This document shows, in pieces, positions 10,067-19,363 of a DNA stretch of 64,000 bases (its first letter is position 1; each line of letters opens with the position of its first letter). Location: the NCBI GenBank assembly GCA_963834845.1, contig CAWICY010000003.1, positions 61,114 through 125,113 on the forward strand, written 5' to 3'. Origin of the DNA: an uncultured Pseudomonadota bacterium. GTDB taxonomy: Bacteria; Pseudomonadota; Gammaproteobacteria; Burkholderiales; SG8-39. Under the pieces are notes generated by a model, which saw nothing but the letters and a program-made list of their open reading frames with translations, was not told the DNA's origin and did no database searches. Position numbers and translations under genes: made by a program.

Positions 10067-10315
10067 ATGAAGCGCACCGCCATCGTCACCGCATTCGCCG
10101 CCAGCCTGGTGTTCGGCGCATCCGCCGCGCAGGCGAAGCTGCCACCAGTTCCGCCCAAGAGCGATGCGGAAAAGGCCGCCGAGGCGCAGAAAGCCGCTGC
10201 CGCCAAAGCGAAGGAAGCCGCGGCCATGCAGAAGGCCGAAGACAAGGCCGTCGCGAGCTACCACATGAAGAAGGGCATGGCCGCGCCGATGCCCGAGAAG
10301 ATGGAGAAGAAGTAG
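10067..10315 (+). CDS. Small exported Ala/Lys-rich protein, last gene of fdh operon
   Basis: SD GGAAGGGG, signal peptide ending AQA-KLPP; followed by terminator. Confidence 0.7.
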   Translation: MKRTAIVTAFAASLVFGASAAQAKLPPVPPKSDAEKAAEAQKAAAAKAKEAAAMQKAEDKAVASYHMKKGMAAPMPEKMEKK

Positions 10316-10333
10316 CGTCGGGGCAGGCTGCAG

Positions 10334-10364
10334 CGAAAAAGGGCGCCGCGCGGCGCCCTTTTCG
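10334..10364. terminator. Bidirectional rho-independent terminator
   Basis: AAAAGGGCGCCG-cg-CGGCGCCCTTTT inverted repeat between convergent genes. Confidence 0.85.
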
Positions 10365-10370
10365 TTATTG

Positions 10371-10658
10371 CTACAGGCCCTCGACCAGGATCAGCTTCGA
10401 CTTCGACGCCTTCTTGCGGATCGCGAGCACCGCCGAGTATTCCCCGGAGTCGTAGAACTTGCGCGCCTGCTCCATGCTCGGGAACTCGAGGATCACGAAC
10501 CGCTGGGGCGTCCAACCGCCTTCCTTGCTCTCGACTTTTCCGCCGCGCACCAGGTACTTGCCGCCGTATTTCGCGATGATGGCCGGAACCTGCTTGCGGT
10601 ACTCCTCGTAGGCGGCGGGGTCGGTGATCTCGACTTCGGCGATGAGATATGCGGACAC
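10371..10658 (-). CDS. DUF1330-family protein
   Basis: AYLIAEVEITDP..YEEY..GGKYLVRGG..EFPSMEQARKFYDS.EY; SD GGAGG before GTG. Confidence 0.85.
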   Translation of the reverse strand: MSAYLIAEVEITDPAAYEEYRKQVPAIIAKYGGKYLVRGGKVESKEGGWTPQRFVILEFPSMEQARKFYDSGEYSAVLAIRKKASKSKLILVEGL

Positions 10659-10683
10659 TGCGGTTCCTCCCTGGCGGACGATT

Positions 10684-12018
10684 CTAAGCTATCCCGGAGA
10701 GATGTAGCGCCGCGCCCAGCGCCGCCGCGACGCCGATCACCGGGATCAGCCCGATCCTGAATCGCAGCAGCGCGACCAGGGCAAGCGACGTGCCCGACAG
10801 CGCCAGCCAGTCGATGCCGGCGGCGACGCCGCGCGGCCAGAACACGTGCTGCGCGAAGAACAGCGCCAGGCTCAGCACGACGCCGACCACCGCGGCGGTG
10901 ATGCCGGTGAGCGGCGCGGTGAATTTCAGGTCGCCGTGCGTCGATTCGACCAGCGGGCCGCCCACCAGGATGAACACGAACGAGGGCAGAAAGGTGAAGA
11001 ACGTGACCACTACCGCGGCGGCGGCTCCGGCAAGGAACAGATGCTCGGGCCCGAACAGCGCCTTGCCCCAGCCGCCGACGAAGCCGACGAACGCGACCAC
11101 CATGATGAGCGGACCGGGCGTCGTCTCGCCCAGCGCCAGCCCGTCGATCATCTGCGGCGCGGTGAGCCAATGGAACTGCTGGACCGCCGCCTGGTAGACG
11201 TAAGGCAGCACTGCATAGGCGCCGCCGAAGGTGAGCAACGCCGCCTTGGTGAAGAACAACCCCATGCGGGTCAGCGTCCCGTCCCAGCCGAACGCGGCGA
11301 CCAGGGCGAGCATGGCGAGGAGCCACAGCCCCAGGCCGGCCGCCAGGTATCCGGCCAGCCGCCGCGAGCTGTAGCGCGCGTGCTCCGGCGTCGGCGTGTC
11401 GTCGCCGATCAGCGCCGGGCCGAAGCTCTCCGCGGCCTTGCCGTGCGCCTGGCCCGAAGCGAATGCGCGGGGTGCGATGCGCCCGCCGAGCGCGCCGAGG
11501 CCCGCCGCGGCAAGAACGATCGCGGGAAATGGAACCTTGAGAAAGTAGATCGCGACGAATGCCGCAAGGCTGATGGCCCATAGCGCGGGGTGGCGCAGCG
11601 CGCGCGAGCCAATGCGCCAGGCCGCGGCCAGCACGATCGCCACCACCGCGGGCTTGACTCCGTACAGCAGCCCGGCGACCAGGGGCAGCTCGCCGTACGC
11701 CATGTAGGCGTACGACAGGCCGATCAGCACGAACACCGAGGGCAGCACGAACAGTCCGCCCGCCGCGATGCCGCCCCAGGTGCGATGCATCAGCCAGCCG
11801 ATGTAGGTGGCGAGTTGCGTCGCTTCCGGACCCGGCAGCAGCATGCAGTAGTTGAGCGCGTGCAGGAAACGCCGCTCGGAGATCCAACGGCGCCGAACGA
11901 CCAGCTCCTCGTGCATGATCGCGATCTGCCCCGCTGGTCCGCCGAAGCTGATGAAGCCGAGCTTGAGCCAGAAGCCGACTGCCTGGCGCAGGCTTATCGG
12001 TAGGCGGCCGGATTCCAC
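10684..12018 (-). CDS. chrA: Chromate ion transporter (long-chain CHR family)
   Basis: LGFISFGGPAGQIA, LLPGPEATQL, TFGGAYAVLP, GETTPGPLIM duplicated CHR motifs; GTG start inferred at 12018. Confidence 0.93.
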   Translation of the reverse strand: MESGRLPISLRQAVGFWLKLGFISFGGPAGQIAIMHEELVVRRRWISERRFLHALNYCMLLPGPEATQLATYIGWLMHRTWGGIAAGGLFVLPSVFVLIGLSYAYMAYGELPLVAGLLYGVKPAVVAIVLAAAWRIGSRALRHPALWAISLAAFVAIYFLKVPFPAIVLAAAGLGALGGRIAPRAFASGQAHGKAAESFGPALIGDDTPTPEHARYSSRRLAGYLAAGLGLWLLAMLALVAAFGWDGTLTRMGLFFTKAALLTFGGAYAVLPYVYQAAVQQFHWLTAPQMIDGLALGETTPGPLIMVVAFVGFVGGWGKALFGPEHLFLAGAAAAVVVTFFTFLPSFVFILVGGPLVESTHGDLKFTAPLTGITAAVVGVVLSLALFFAQHVFWPRGVAAGIDWLALSGTSLALVALLRFRIGLIPVIGVAAALGAALHLSGIA

Positions 12019-12788
12019 GTGTGCACCTCGTCCTTTCCTTCCCTGCACCACGCGTAGAGCGCATCGTAGACGACGCAGCCGTGCTCGAGCATGTCGTGGT
12101 CGTCGCGAAAGCTCCGCGACAGGCCGAGCGAGATCGCGGCGAGCCCTGCGGCCTGCGGCGCCAGGTCCAGGTGGCCGGTGTCCGCACCGCGCACGATCAG
12201 CGCCAGCTCGCCGAGCGCCGGGTCGCGCAGCCGATAGGCTTCGAGGAAGGCGTCGAAGCTGCAGCGCTCGCCTTGGTGCGAGAACTTCACCTCGGGAATG
12301 TCGTAGGGCAGCGCATCGCGCTCCGCCGCGATGCGGTGCACATCCGCAGCCGGGACATAGAGAAACTCGGCCTCCGGGTCGATGAAGCGCCGGATCAGCC
12401 ACGGGCAGGCGATGCGGTCGATCTTGGGCCGCTCGCGCGTCACCCAGCGCGTGGCGGCGCCGCCGGGCTTGCGCTCGAGCCCGCCGCCCGCGGCGCGCCA
12501 GCCCTCCAGGCCGCCTTCGAGGACCTGCGCGCAAAGGCCGAGCGCCCCGAGCGTGCGCGCGACGCCCTGGCTCACCTCATGGCCGTGGGTGCAGTACACG
12601 ACGACGCTCGCCGCAGAAGGCAGCGCGGCCGCCCACTCGGCGCATCGCGCCGGATCGCGGCGCAACGCGCCGCGGATCACGTCGCGGGCGCCGATGAAGG
12701 TGGGCTTGCGCCGGACGTCGACGAGCAGCGGGGGATTGTCGGATAACAGCGATTGCCGCAGTGCGGCGGCGGTAACGAACGCGTCCAT
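11994..12788 (-). CDS. Rhodanese (ChrE-like) fused to ChrB C-terminal (ChrF-like) domain
   Basis: N-term LLVDVRR...VVVYCTHGHEVSQ...LEGGLEGW rhodanese; C-term WVTRERPKIDRIACPWLIRRFIDPEAEF, CSFDAF, VYDALYAW. Confidence 0.88.
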   Translation of the reverse strand: MDAFVTAAALRQSLLSDNPPLLVDVRRKPTFIGARDVIRGALRRDPARCAEWAAALPSAASVVVYCTHGHEVSQGVARTLGALGLCAQVLEGGLEGWRAAGGGLERKPGGAATRWVTRERPKIDRIACPWLIRRFIDPEAEFLYVPAADVHRIAAERDALPYDIPEVKFSHQGERCSFDAFLEAYRLRDPALGELALIVRGADTGHLDLAPQAAGLAAISLGLSRSFRDDHDMLEHGCVVYDALYAWCREGKDEVHTWNPAAYR

Positions 12789-12872
12789 GGCTCCTCTCCT
12801 TTGGAGTAGCTGCAGAGCTTGGACGGACCGCCGTCTTGGAAGCGCCGGGAGCCTGCGTCCCGACGTGATGTG
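12789..12872 (-). ncRNA. Candidate structured cis-regulatory leader (possible chrB-a/chrB-b-type RNA motif)
   Basis: ~84-nt 5'UTR with two hairpins (GUCGGGA/UCCCGGC; GCUU-GACGG/CCGUC-AAGC) between promoter and chr genes; Rfam match not verified. Confidence 0.5.
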
Positions 12873-12878
12873 CTGGAA

Positions 12879-12907
12879 AGTCTAGATGAACCTCGGATCG
12901 AGGGCAA
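12879..12907 (-). promoter_or_regulatory. sigma70 promoter of chr operon
   Basis: TTGCCC-17 nt-TAGACT on minus strand. Confidence 0.65.
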
Positions 12908-12925
12908 GCCAGGCAGAGCCAAGCG

Positions 12926-14014
12926 TCACGCGTACCCCACGCTGTGCCGGTCGATGGCGACCGACTTGATGAGCGCATAGACCGGCACGCCGGGCGCGAG
13001 GCCGAGCGCCGTGGCCGACTTGCGCGTGATGCGCGCGATGAGCGCGGTGCCCGCGATGTCGAGCTGCACGTCGACGCTCGCGCCGCTCGCCTGGCCGATG
13101 GCGGCGACGTTGCCGGCCAGCACGTTGAGCATGCTGATCGCCTCGGGCCGGGCGAGCGCGAGCGAGACGTCGCGCGCGCGGATGCGCACGCGCACCCGCT
13201 CGCCGACCAGCGCATCGACGTCGGGCGCATACAGCGTGCCGCCGGGGAAATCGAGCCGCGCCAGCCCCATGTCCAGGTCGTGCTCGGCGACGCGCGCCTC
13301 GATCACCGCGCCGCCCTCGAAGCGGCCGAGATAGGGGCGCAGCTCCATGCGCGCCATGGTCTCGCCAACCGTCCCCGCCTCGAGCACGCGCCCCTCGGAC
13401 ATCACCACCACCCTGTCGGCGAGCCGCACCACCTCGTCGAGCGAATGGCTGACGTAGACGATGGGCACGCCGAGCTCGTCGCGCAGCCGCTCGATGTAGT
13501 ACAGGATCTCGGTCTTGCGCGGCGCATCGAGCGCGGCGAGCGGCTCGTCCATCAGCAGGATGCGCGGCTCGGCGAGCAGCGCGCGGCCGATGGCGACGCG
13601 CTGCTTCTCGCCGCCCGACAGGTCGTAGGGGCGGCGCTCGAGCAGCGTGCCGAGCCCGAGCAGCGAGACGACCCGCTCGAGCTCGCCGGGGCCGGAGCGA
13701 CCGGCGAAGCGGCGGCCGTAGAGCAGGTTCTGGCGCACGCTCAGGTGCGGCATCAGTCGGCCTTCCTGGAACACGTAGCCGACGCGGCGCCGGTGCGCGG
13801 GCAGGTCGATGCGCGCCGCGGCGTCGAACAGCGGCTCGCCGTCGAGCGCGATGCGGCCGCGCTCGGGACGCAGCAGGCCGGCGATCGCATTCAGCACGCT
13901 CGTCTTGCCCGAGCCCGAGCGGCCGAACAACGCGGTGACCACACCTTCGCTCGCGAACTCGGTCTCGAGCGCGAAGCCGCCGAGGCGCCTGCCGATGGAA
14001 ACCTCGAGCCTCAC
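12926..14014 (-). CDS. modC: Molybdate ABC transporter ATP-binding subunit
   Basis: GRSGSGKT, LSGGEKQRVAIGRALL, C-terminal TOBE/Mop (SMLNVLAG...ARITRKS...YALIKSV); GTG overlaps modB stop. Confidence 0.95.
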   Translation of the reverse strand: MRLEVSIGRRLGGFALETEFASEGVVTALFGRSGSGKTSVLNAIAGLLRPERGRIALDGEPLFDAAARIDLPAHRRRVGYVFQEGRLMPHLSVRQNLLYGRRFAGRSGPGELERVVSLLGLGTLLERRPYDLSGGEKQRVAIGRALLAEPRILLMDEPLAALDAPRKTEILYYIERLRDELGVPIVYVSHSLDEVVRLADRVVVMSEGRVLEAGTVGETMARMELRPYLGRFEGGAVIEARVAEHDLDMGLARLDFPGGTLYAPDVDALVGERVRVRIRARDVSLALARPEAISMLNVLAGNVAAIGQASGASVDVQLDIAGTALIARITRKSATALGLAPGVPVYALIKSVAIDRHSVGYA

Positions 14015-14703
14015 GTTCCCTGCGCGCGGCGCCGTGCGCGGCGCAGCAGCAGCTCCGAGACCATGAGCGCGGTGAGCGACAGCAGGATCGCCAGCACGCA
14101 CAGGCGCAGCGCCTGCGCGTCGCCGCCGGGCACCTGCGTCAGCCCGTAGATGGCGAGCGGCAGGGTCTGCGTCTCGCCCGGAATGTTGGACACGAAGGTG
14201 ATGGTGGCGCCGAACTCGCCCAGGCTGCGCGCGAAGGCGAGCAGCATGCCGTTCAACACCCCCGGCATGATCAGCGGCAGCGTGACCGTGGCGAACACGG
14301 CGAGCGGCGGCGCGCCGAGGGTGGCGGCGGCGGCCTCGAGCCTGCGGTCCACGTTCTCGACCGATTGGCGCATGGCGCGCACCGCGAGCGGCAGGCCCAT
14401 CGCCGCCGACGCGAGCGCCGCGCCGGTCCAGCGGAATGCGAACACAATGCCGAAATGCTCGGCGAGGAAAGCGCCGATTTGACCGTTGCGACCGAATTCG
14501 AGCAGCAGCAGGTAGCCGATCACCACCGGCGGCAGCACCAGCGGCAGGTGCACCACGCCGTCGAGCAGCGTCTTGCCGGGGAAATCCGCGCGCGCCAGCA
14601 AGAAGGCGAGGCCGAGCGCCAGCGGCAGGCTGACGAGCACGCTGGTGAGCGCGATCTTGACGCTCAGCCCCAGGATCTCGAGTTCCGCGGGAGTCAGTGG
14701 CAC
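14011..14703 (-). CDS. modB: Molybdate ABC transporter permease
   Basis: LPLVLPPVVIGYLLL, FARSLGEFGATITFVSNIPGETQTLPLAIY. Confidence 0.95.
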   Translation of the reverse strand: MPLTPAELEILGLSVKIALTSVLVSLPLALGLAFLLARADFPGKTLLDGVVHLPLVLPPVVIGYLLLLEFGRNGQIGAFLAEHFGIVFAFRWTGAALASAAMGLPLAVRAMRQSVENVDRRLEAAAATLGAPPLAVFATVTLPLIMPGVLNGMLLAFARSLGEFGATITFVSNIPGETQTLPLAIYGLTQVPGGDAQALRLCVLAILLSLTALMVSELLLRRARRRAQGT

Positions 14704-14707
14704 GCCG

Positions 14708-15454
14708 TCAGTTTAGCGGGGTAAAGCCGTGCTTCGCGAAGGCGCGCCGCGCCCGCTCGCTGTGCAGGAACGCGAGCAGGTCGCCGGCCGATGCCGGCGC
14801 GCCCCGGAGCAGCGCGACGGGATAGACGATCGGCGGGTGCAGCGAGGGATCGAAGCTGCCCACGACGCGCACTTTTGGCTCCTCGCGCGCGTCGGTCGCG
14901 TACACGATCCCGAGCGGCGCTTCGCCGCGCGCCACCAGCGCGAGCGCGACGCGCACGTTCTCGGTCGCGGCAATGCGCGCGCGCACCGAGTCCCACACGC
15001 CGAGCGACTCGAGCGCCGCCTTGGCGTACTTGCCCGCCGGCACGTGGCCCGGATCGCCCATCGCGAGGCGACCGTTACTTCCCAGCCAGCGGGCGAGCGG
15101 CATGCCGCGCTCGATGCGCGCTTGCGAGCCACGCGAGGCCGGCGCGATCAGCACCAGGCGGTTGCCGAGCAGGTCGTTCCTCGTGCCGGCCACCAGTCGC
15201 CCGTGCCGCTCGAGGTAGTCCATCCAGTCGCGATCGGCGGAGATGAATATCGCAGCCGGGGCGCCGCGCTCGATCTGCCTGGCGAGCGACGAGCTGCCGG
15301 CGTACGAAACCACCGGCGTCGGCCCCTTGTAGGCGGCGATGGCGTCGTCGAGCGCGTTCCTGAGGCTCGCAGCTGCGAACAGCACGACGGGCTCCTGCCC
15401 CCAGGCGGGAAGCGCCCAACACGCCGACAACAACATGGCGAACAATATGCGCAT
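14708..15454 (-). CDS. modA: Molybdate ABC transporter periplasmic binding protein
   Basis: Signal peptide; FAAASL, AGSSSLARQIERGA, HVPAGKYA, ENVRVAL, GIVYATDA. Confidence 0.95.
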   Translation of the reverse strand: MRILFAMLLSACWALPAWGQEPVVLFAAASLRNALDDAIAAYKGPTPVVSYAGSSSLARQIERGAPAAIFISADRDWMDYLERHGRLVAGTRNDLLGNRLVLIAPASRGSQARIERGMPLARWLGSNGRLAMGDPGHVPAGKYAKAALESLGVWDSVRARIAATENVRVALALVARGEAPLGIVYATDAREEPKVRVVGSFDPSLHPPIVYPVALLRGAPASAGDLLAFLHSERARRAFAKHGFTPLN

Positions 15455-15456
15455 GC

Positions 15457-16542
15457 TCAGATCTTTCCGTCCTTGAGCGCTTCGACGCCACACAGCTCCC
15501 CAGCGCCGCGCGCATCGTAGCCGACGTAGCCGCGCGCCAGCCGCTGGAATGCGCGCCCGGCAAGGGCGGCGCATAGGCGCTCGACGGGCTGATCACCAGC
15601 AGCGCGCACGCGCACCGCGAACCAATAGCGCTCGCGCTGCAGGGGCAGAAAATCGAGGCCGAAGCGCGCCGCGGCGGCGTGCACGCCGAAGCCGGCGTCC
15701 GCGCGCCCCGCGGCGACGCTCACCGCGACCGCCAGATGGGTGAACTCCTCGTCGCGGTAGCCGTTGATGTCGGTGGCGTTGATGCCGTGCTGCGCGAGCA
15801 GCTGGTCGAACAGCAGCCGGGTGCCGGAGCCGCGCTGGCGGTTGACGAAACGCAGCCGCTTGCGTGCGAGGTCAGCGAGCGTGCGGATCCGCTTCGGGTT
15901 TCCCGGCGCCAGCATCAGCCCCTGCTCGCGCTCGGCAAAACGGATCAGGCGGTCGCGCCGCGGGCTGAGACGCGCGAACAGAGGGTCGTCGCCGGCCGCG
16001 GCGTCGTCGCGCAGCGGCACGTGAAAGCCCGCGAGGTCCGCGCGCCCGGCGGCGTAGTCGGCCAGACTATCGAGGCTGCCCTTGAACTGCAGCTCGAGCG
16101 CGAGCTCGGCGCGCGTCGCCGGCTCCTCGATGAACGCGGCGAGCAGTGGGTCGTGGCTCGCCGTCACGCGCAGCGCGCGCCCGCCGGAGCCGCGCTCGCC
16201 CGCGGCGAGGACGACCGCCAGCCCCGGCTCGAGGCGCAGCAGCTGGCTGCGCGCGGCCTCGTCTGCCGCGACCAGCCGCTCGGCGAGCGGCGTGAGCCGG
16301 GCGCCACGACCCTGCTCGAGCGTCACCAGGATCCCGCCGGCGGCCTCGGATTGAGCGAGCAGCAGATCCCAGGCCGTGCGGTACGGGATCCCGAGGTGCG
16401 CGGCCGCCGCGCGCAGCGTGGCGCGGCGCGCGATCTCGCGCAGTAAAGGCACGAGGCGGGCATCGAGCCGGGTTCCGTCATGGCCCGCACGCCGCCAGCC
16501 GATTTCAGGTACCAGCCTCACGCTCAAGCTGCCGTCGCCCAA
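15457..16542 (-). CDS. ModE/LysR-type HTH plus periplasmic-binding-like domain regulator (FdsR-like)
   Basis: N-term TLRAAAAHLGIPYRTAWDLL HTH; C-term ASHD, GSLDSL, FVNRQRGSGTR, EEFTHLAVA; TTG start uncertain. Confidence 0.85.
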   Translation of the reverse strand: MGDGSLSVRLVPEIGWRRAGHDGTRLDARLVPLLREIARRATLRAAAAHLGIPYRTAWDLLLAQSEAAGGILVTLEQGRGARLTPLAERLVAADEAARSQLLRLEPGLAVVLAAGERGSGGRALRVTASHDPLLAAFIEEPATRAELALELQFKGSLDSLADYAAGRADLAGFHVPLRDDAAAGDDPLFARLSPRRDRLIRFAEREQGLMLAPGNPKRIRTLADLARKRLRFVNRQRGSGTRLLFDQLLAQHGINATDINGYRDEEFTHLAVAVSVAAGRADAGFGVHAAAARFGLDFLPLQRERYWFAVRVRAAGDQPVERLCAALAGRAFQRLARGYVGYDARGAGELCGVEALKDGKI

Positions 16543-16546
16543 TTAG

Positions 16547-16636
16547 ATATGCAAGCCATAACATATTTCGTGCTGCCGGGGTGCCAGCTATGATGCCTGG
16601 GCCCGGTTTTCGCTAATTATGCACCGAAAGGCATAT
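16547..16636. promoter_or_regulatory. Two copies of a (A/T)TATG-N10-CATAT operator-like palindrome
   Basis: ATATG caagccataa CATAT (16547-16566) and TTATG caccgaaagg CATAT (16617-16636) in the divergent regulator/tupA intergenic. Confidence 0.7.
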
Positions 16637-16665
16637 TTTCCGTCGTTCGACCCCAGGAGGATTGC

Positions 16666-17478
16666 ATGGCAGCCCGCAGCGTATTCAGGATTGCAATCGC
16701 CGCAGCGCTCTTCGCAGCCGGCACTGCGGTTGCGATGAAGGACATCAAGATGGCGACCACCACCAGCACCGACAATTCCGGCCTGCTCCAGTACCTGCTG
16801 CCGAAGTTCGAGGCGGATTGCGGCTGCAAATTGCACTACACCGCCGTCGGCACCGGCGCGGCACTGAAGCTGGGCGAGAATGGCGACGTCGACGTGGTGC
16901 TGGTGCACGCGCGTCCTGCCGAGGACAAGTTCGTCGCCGCCGGCTACGGCGTCAACCGGCGCGACGTCATGTACAACGACTTCGTGATAGTGGGACCGGC
17001 CTCCGACCCGGCTGGTATAAAGGGCATGAGCGACCCGCTCGCGGCGTTGAAGAAGCTGCACGCATCGGGCGCCACCTTCGTCTCGCGCGGCGACGATTCG
17101 GGCACCAACAAGAAGGAGTTGTCGTACTGGAAGGTGCTCGGCATCGATCCGAAGGGGCCGCACTACCTCGCGGTCGGGCAGGGCATGGGGCAGACGCTGA
17201 CCGTGGCGGGGGAGAAGCAAGGCTACACCCTGTCCGATCGCGCCACCTACACCACCTACGCGTCGAAGACGGGGCTCGAAGTCATGGTGCAGGACGACAA
17301 GCAGCTGCTCAACCCCTACGGCGTGATCGCCGTCAATCCGAAGCGCTACCCGAAGGTGAACTACGAAGGCGCGATGGCCTTCATCGAATGGCTGACCTCG
17401 GACAAGGGGCAGCAGGCGATCGGCGACTACCGCTTCAAGGGCGCGCAGCTCTTCCACCCGGATTACAAGAAACTGTAA
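16666..17478 (+). CDS. tupA: Tungstate ABC transporter binding protein
   Basis: ATTTSTDNSGLL TupA signature, GTGAAL, MYNDFVIVGP, SRGDDSGT, YTLSDRAT. Confidence 0.93.
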   Translation: MAARSVFRIAIAAALFAAGTAVAMKDIKMATTTSTDNSGLLQYLLPKFEADCGCKLHYTAVGTGAALKLGENGDVDVVLVHARPAEDKFVAAGYGVNRRDVMYNDFVIVGPASDPAGIKGMSDPLAALKKLHASGATFVSRGDDSGTNKKELSYWKVLGIDPKGPHYLAVGQGMGQTLTVAGEKQGYTLSDRATYTTYASKTGLEVMVQDDKQLLNPYGVIAVNPKRYPKVNYEGAMAFIEWLTSDKGQQAIGDYRFKGAQLFHPDYKKL

Positions 17479-18170
17479 TTGGACCTGCTCGAGCCGACCC
17501 GCCAGGCGTTTCGGCTCCTCTTCTCCGGCGATCCGGAGCTCTGGCGGATCATTTGGCTGTCGCTGTGGGTCTCGGTGGCGGCGATCGCGCTGGTCGCCGC
17601 GCCTTCGATCGGGCTCGGCTTCCTGCTCGCCAAGAAGCGCTTTCCCGGTCAGCGCGCGGCGGTCGTGCTGGTGCAGGCGCTGCTTTCGTTCCCCACGGTC
17701 GTGATCGGGCTGGTAATTTACCTGCTCCTGTCGCGGCGCGGCCCGCTCGGATCGTACGAGCTGCTGTTCACGCCGTGGGCGATCATGTTCGGCTACATGG
17801 TGATCGCATTGCCGATCCTGGTGGTGTTCACCATCTCGGCGGTACAGGGCGCCGACCCGCGCGTTTACGAGACAGCGCGTTGTCTCGGCGCTCGCCCGCT
17901 CACGGCTTCGCTCACCACGCTGTGGGAAGTGCGCTTCGGCATCCTGGCAGCGGTGGTGAACGGCTTCGGGCGCGCGATCTCCGAGGTCGGCTGCGCCATC
18001 ATGGTCGGCGGCAACATCGCCGGCCTGACGCGCAACATCCCAACCGCAATCGCGCTCGAGACGACCAAGGGCGACTTCGCCCAGGGCATCGCGCTCGGCT
18101 TCGTGCTGATGGTGGTGGCGCTCGGCGTCAACGTGCTCCTTGCGCTGCTGCAGGGCGAGGGCGGACTGAA

Positions 18171-18174
<4 letters not shown>
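17479..18174 (+). CDS. tupB: Tungstate ABC transporter permease
   Basis: PTVVIGL..YLLLSRRGPLG, GFGRAISEVG..MVGGNI..TR..TAIALET; TTG start. Confidence 0.9.
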
Positions 18175-18833
<659 letters not shown>

Positions 18834-18868
18834 AATGTGCGCTCCGCCCGCAAGGGCCGAGGACGTGC

Positions 18869-19363
18869 ATGAAAGTTTTCGGGTTCGCAGGGTATTCGGG
18901 CAGCGGCAAGACCACATTGATCGAGCAGCTCATACCGCGTTTCGTGAAGCGTGGTCTGCGCGTTTCGCTCATCAAGCACGCGCACCACAGCTTCGACGTC
19001 GACCAGCCGGGCAAGGACTCGTACCGCCACCGCCATGCCGGGGCGGGCGAGGTGCTGGTCACCTCCTCGCGCCGCTGGGTGCTGATGCACGAGCTGCGCG
19101 GCGGGCCGGAACCGTCGTTCGAGGAGCAGATGAAGCACATGTCTCCCTGCGATCTGCTGCTGGTCGAGGGCTTCAAGTTCGCGCCGATTCCGAAGCTCGA
19201 GGTCTGGCGCGCCGTGACGGGTGAGGCGCTGCTGCACCCGAACGACCCGCACATCGTGGCGGTGGCGAGCGACGAGAAGCTGGAAACGAAGCTGCCGCTG
19301 CTCGAGCTGAACGACGCGGACGGCATCGCGGCGTTTGTCCTGTCCGAGGTGGGGCTCGCATGA
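18869..19363 (+). CDS. mobB: Molybdopterin-guanine dinucleotide biosynthesis protein B
   Basis: GYSGSGKTTL, IKHAHH.FDVDQPGKDSYRHR, LVEGFK. Confidence 0.95.
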   Translation: MKVFGFAGYSGSGKTTLIEQLIPRFVKRGLRVSLIKHAHHSFDVDQPGKDSYRHRHAGAGEVLVTSSRRWVLMHELRGGPEPSFEEQMKHMSPCDLLLVEGFKFAPIPKLEVWRAVTGEALLHPNDPHIVAVASDEKLETKLPLLELNDADGIAAFVLSEVGLA

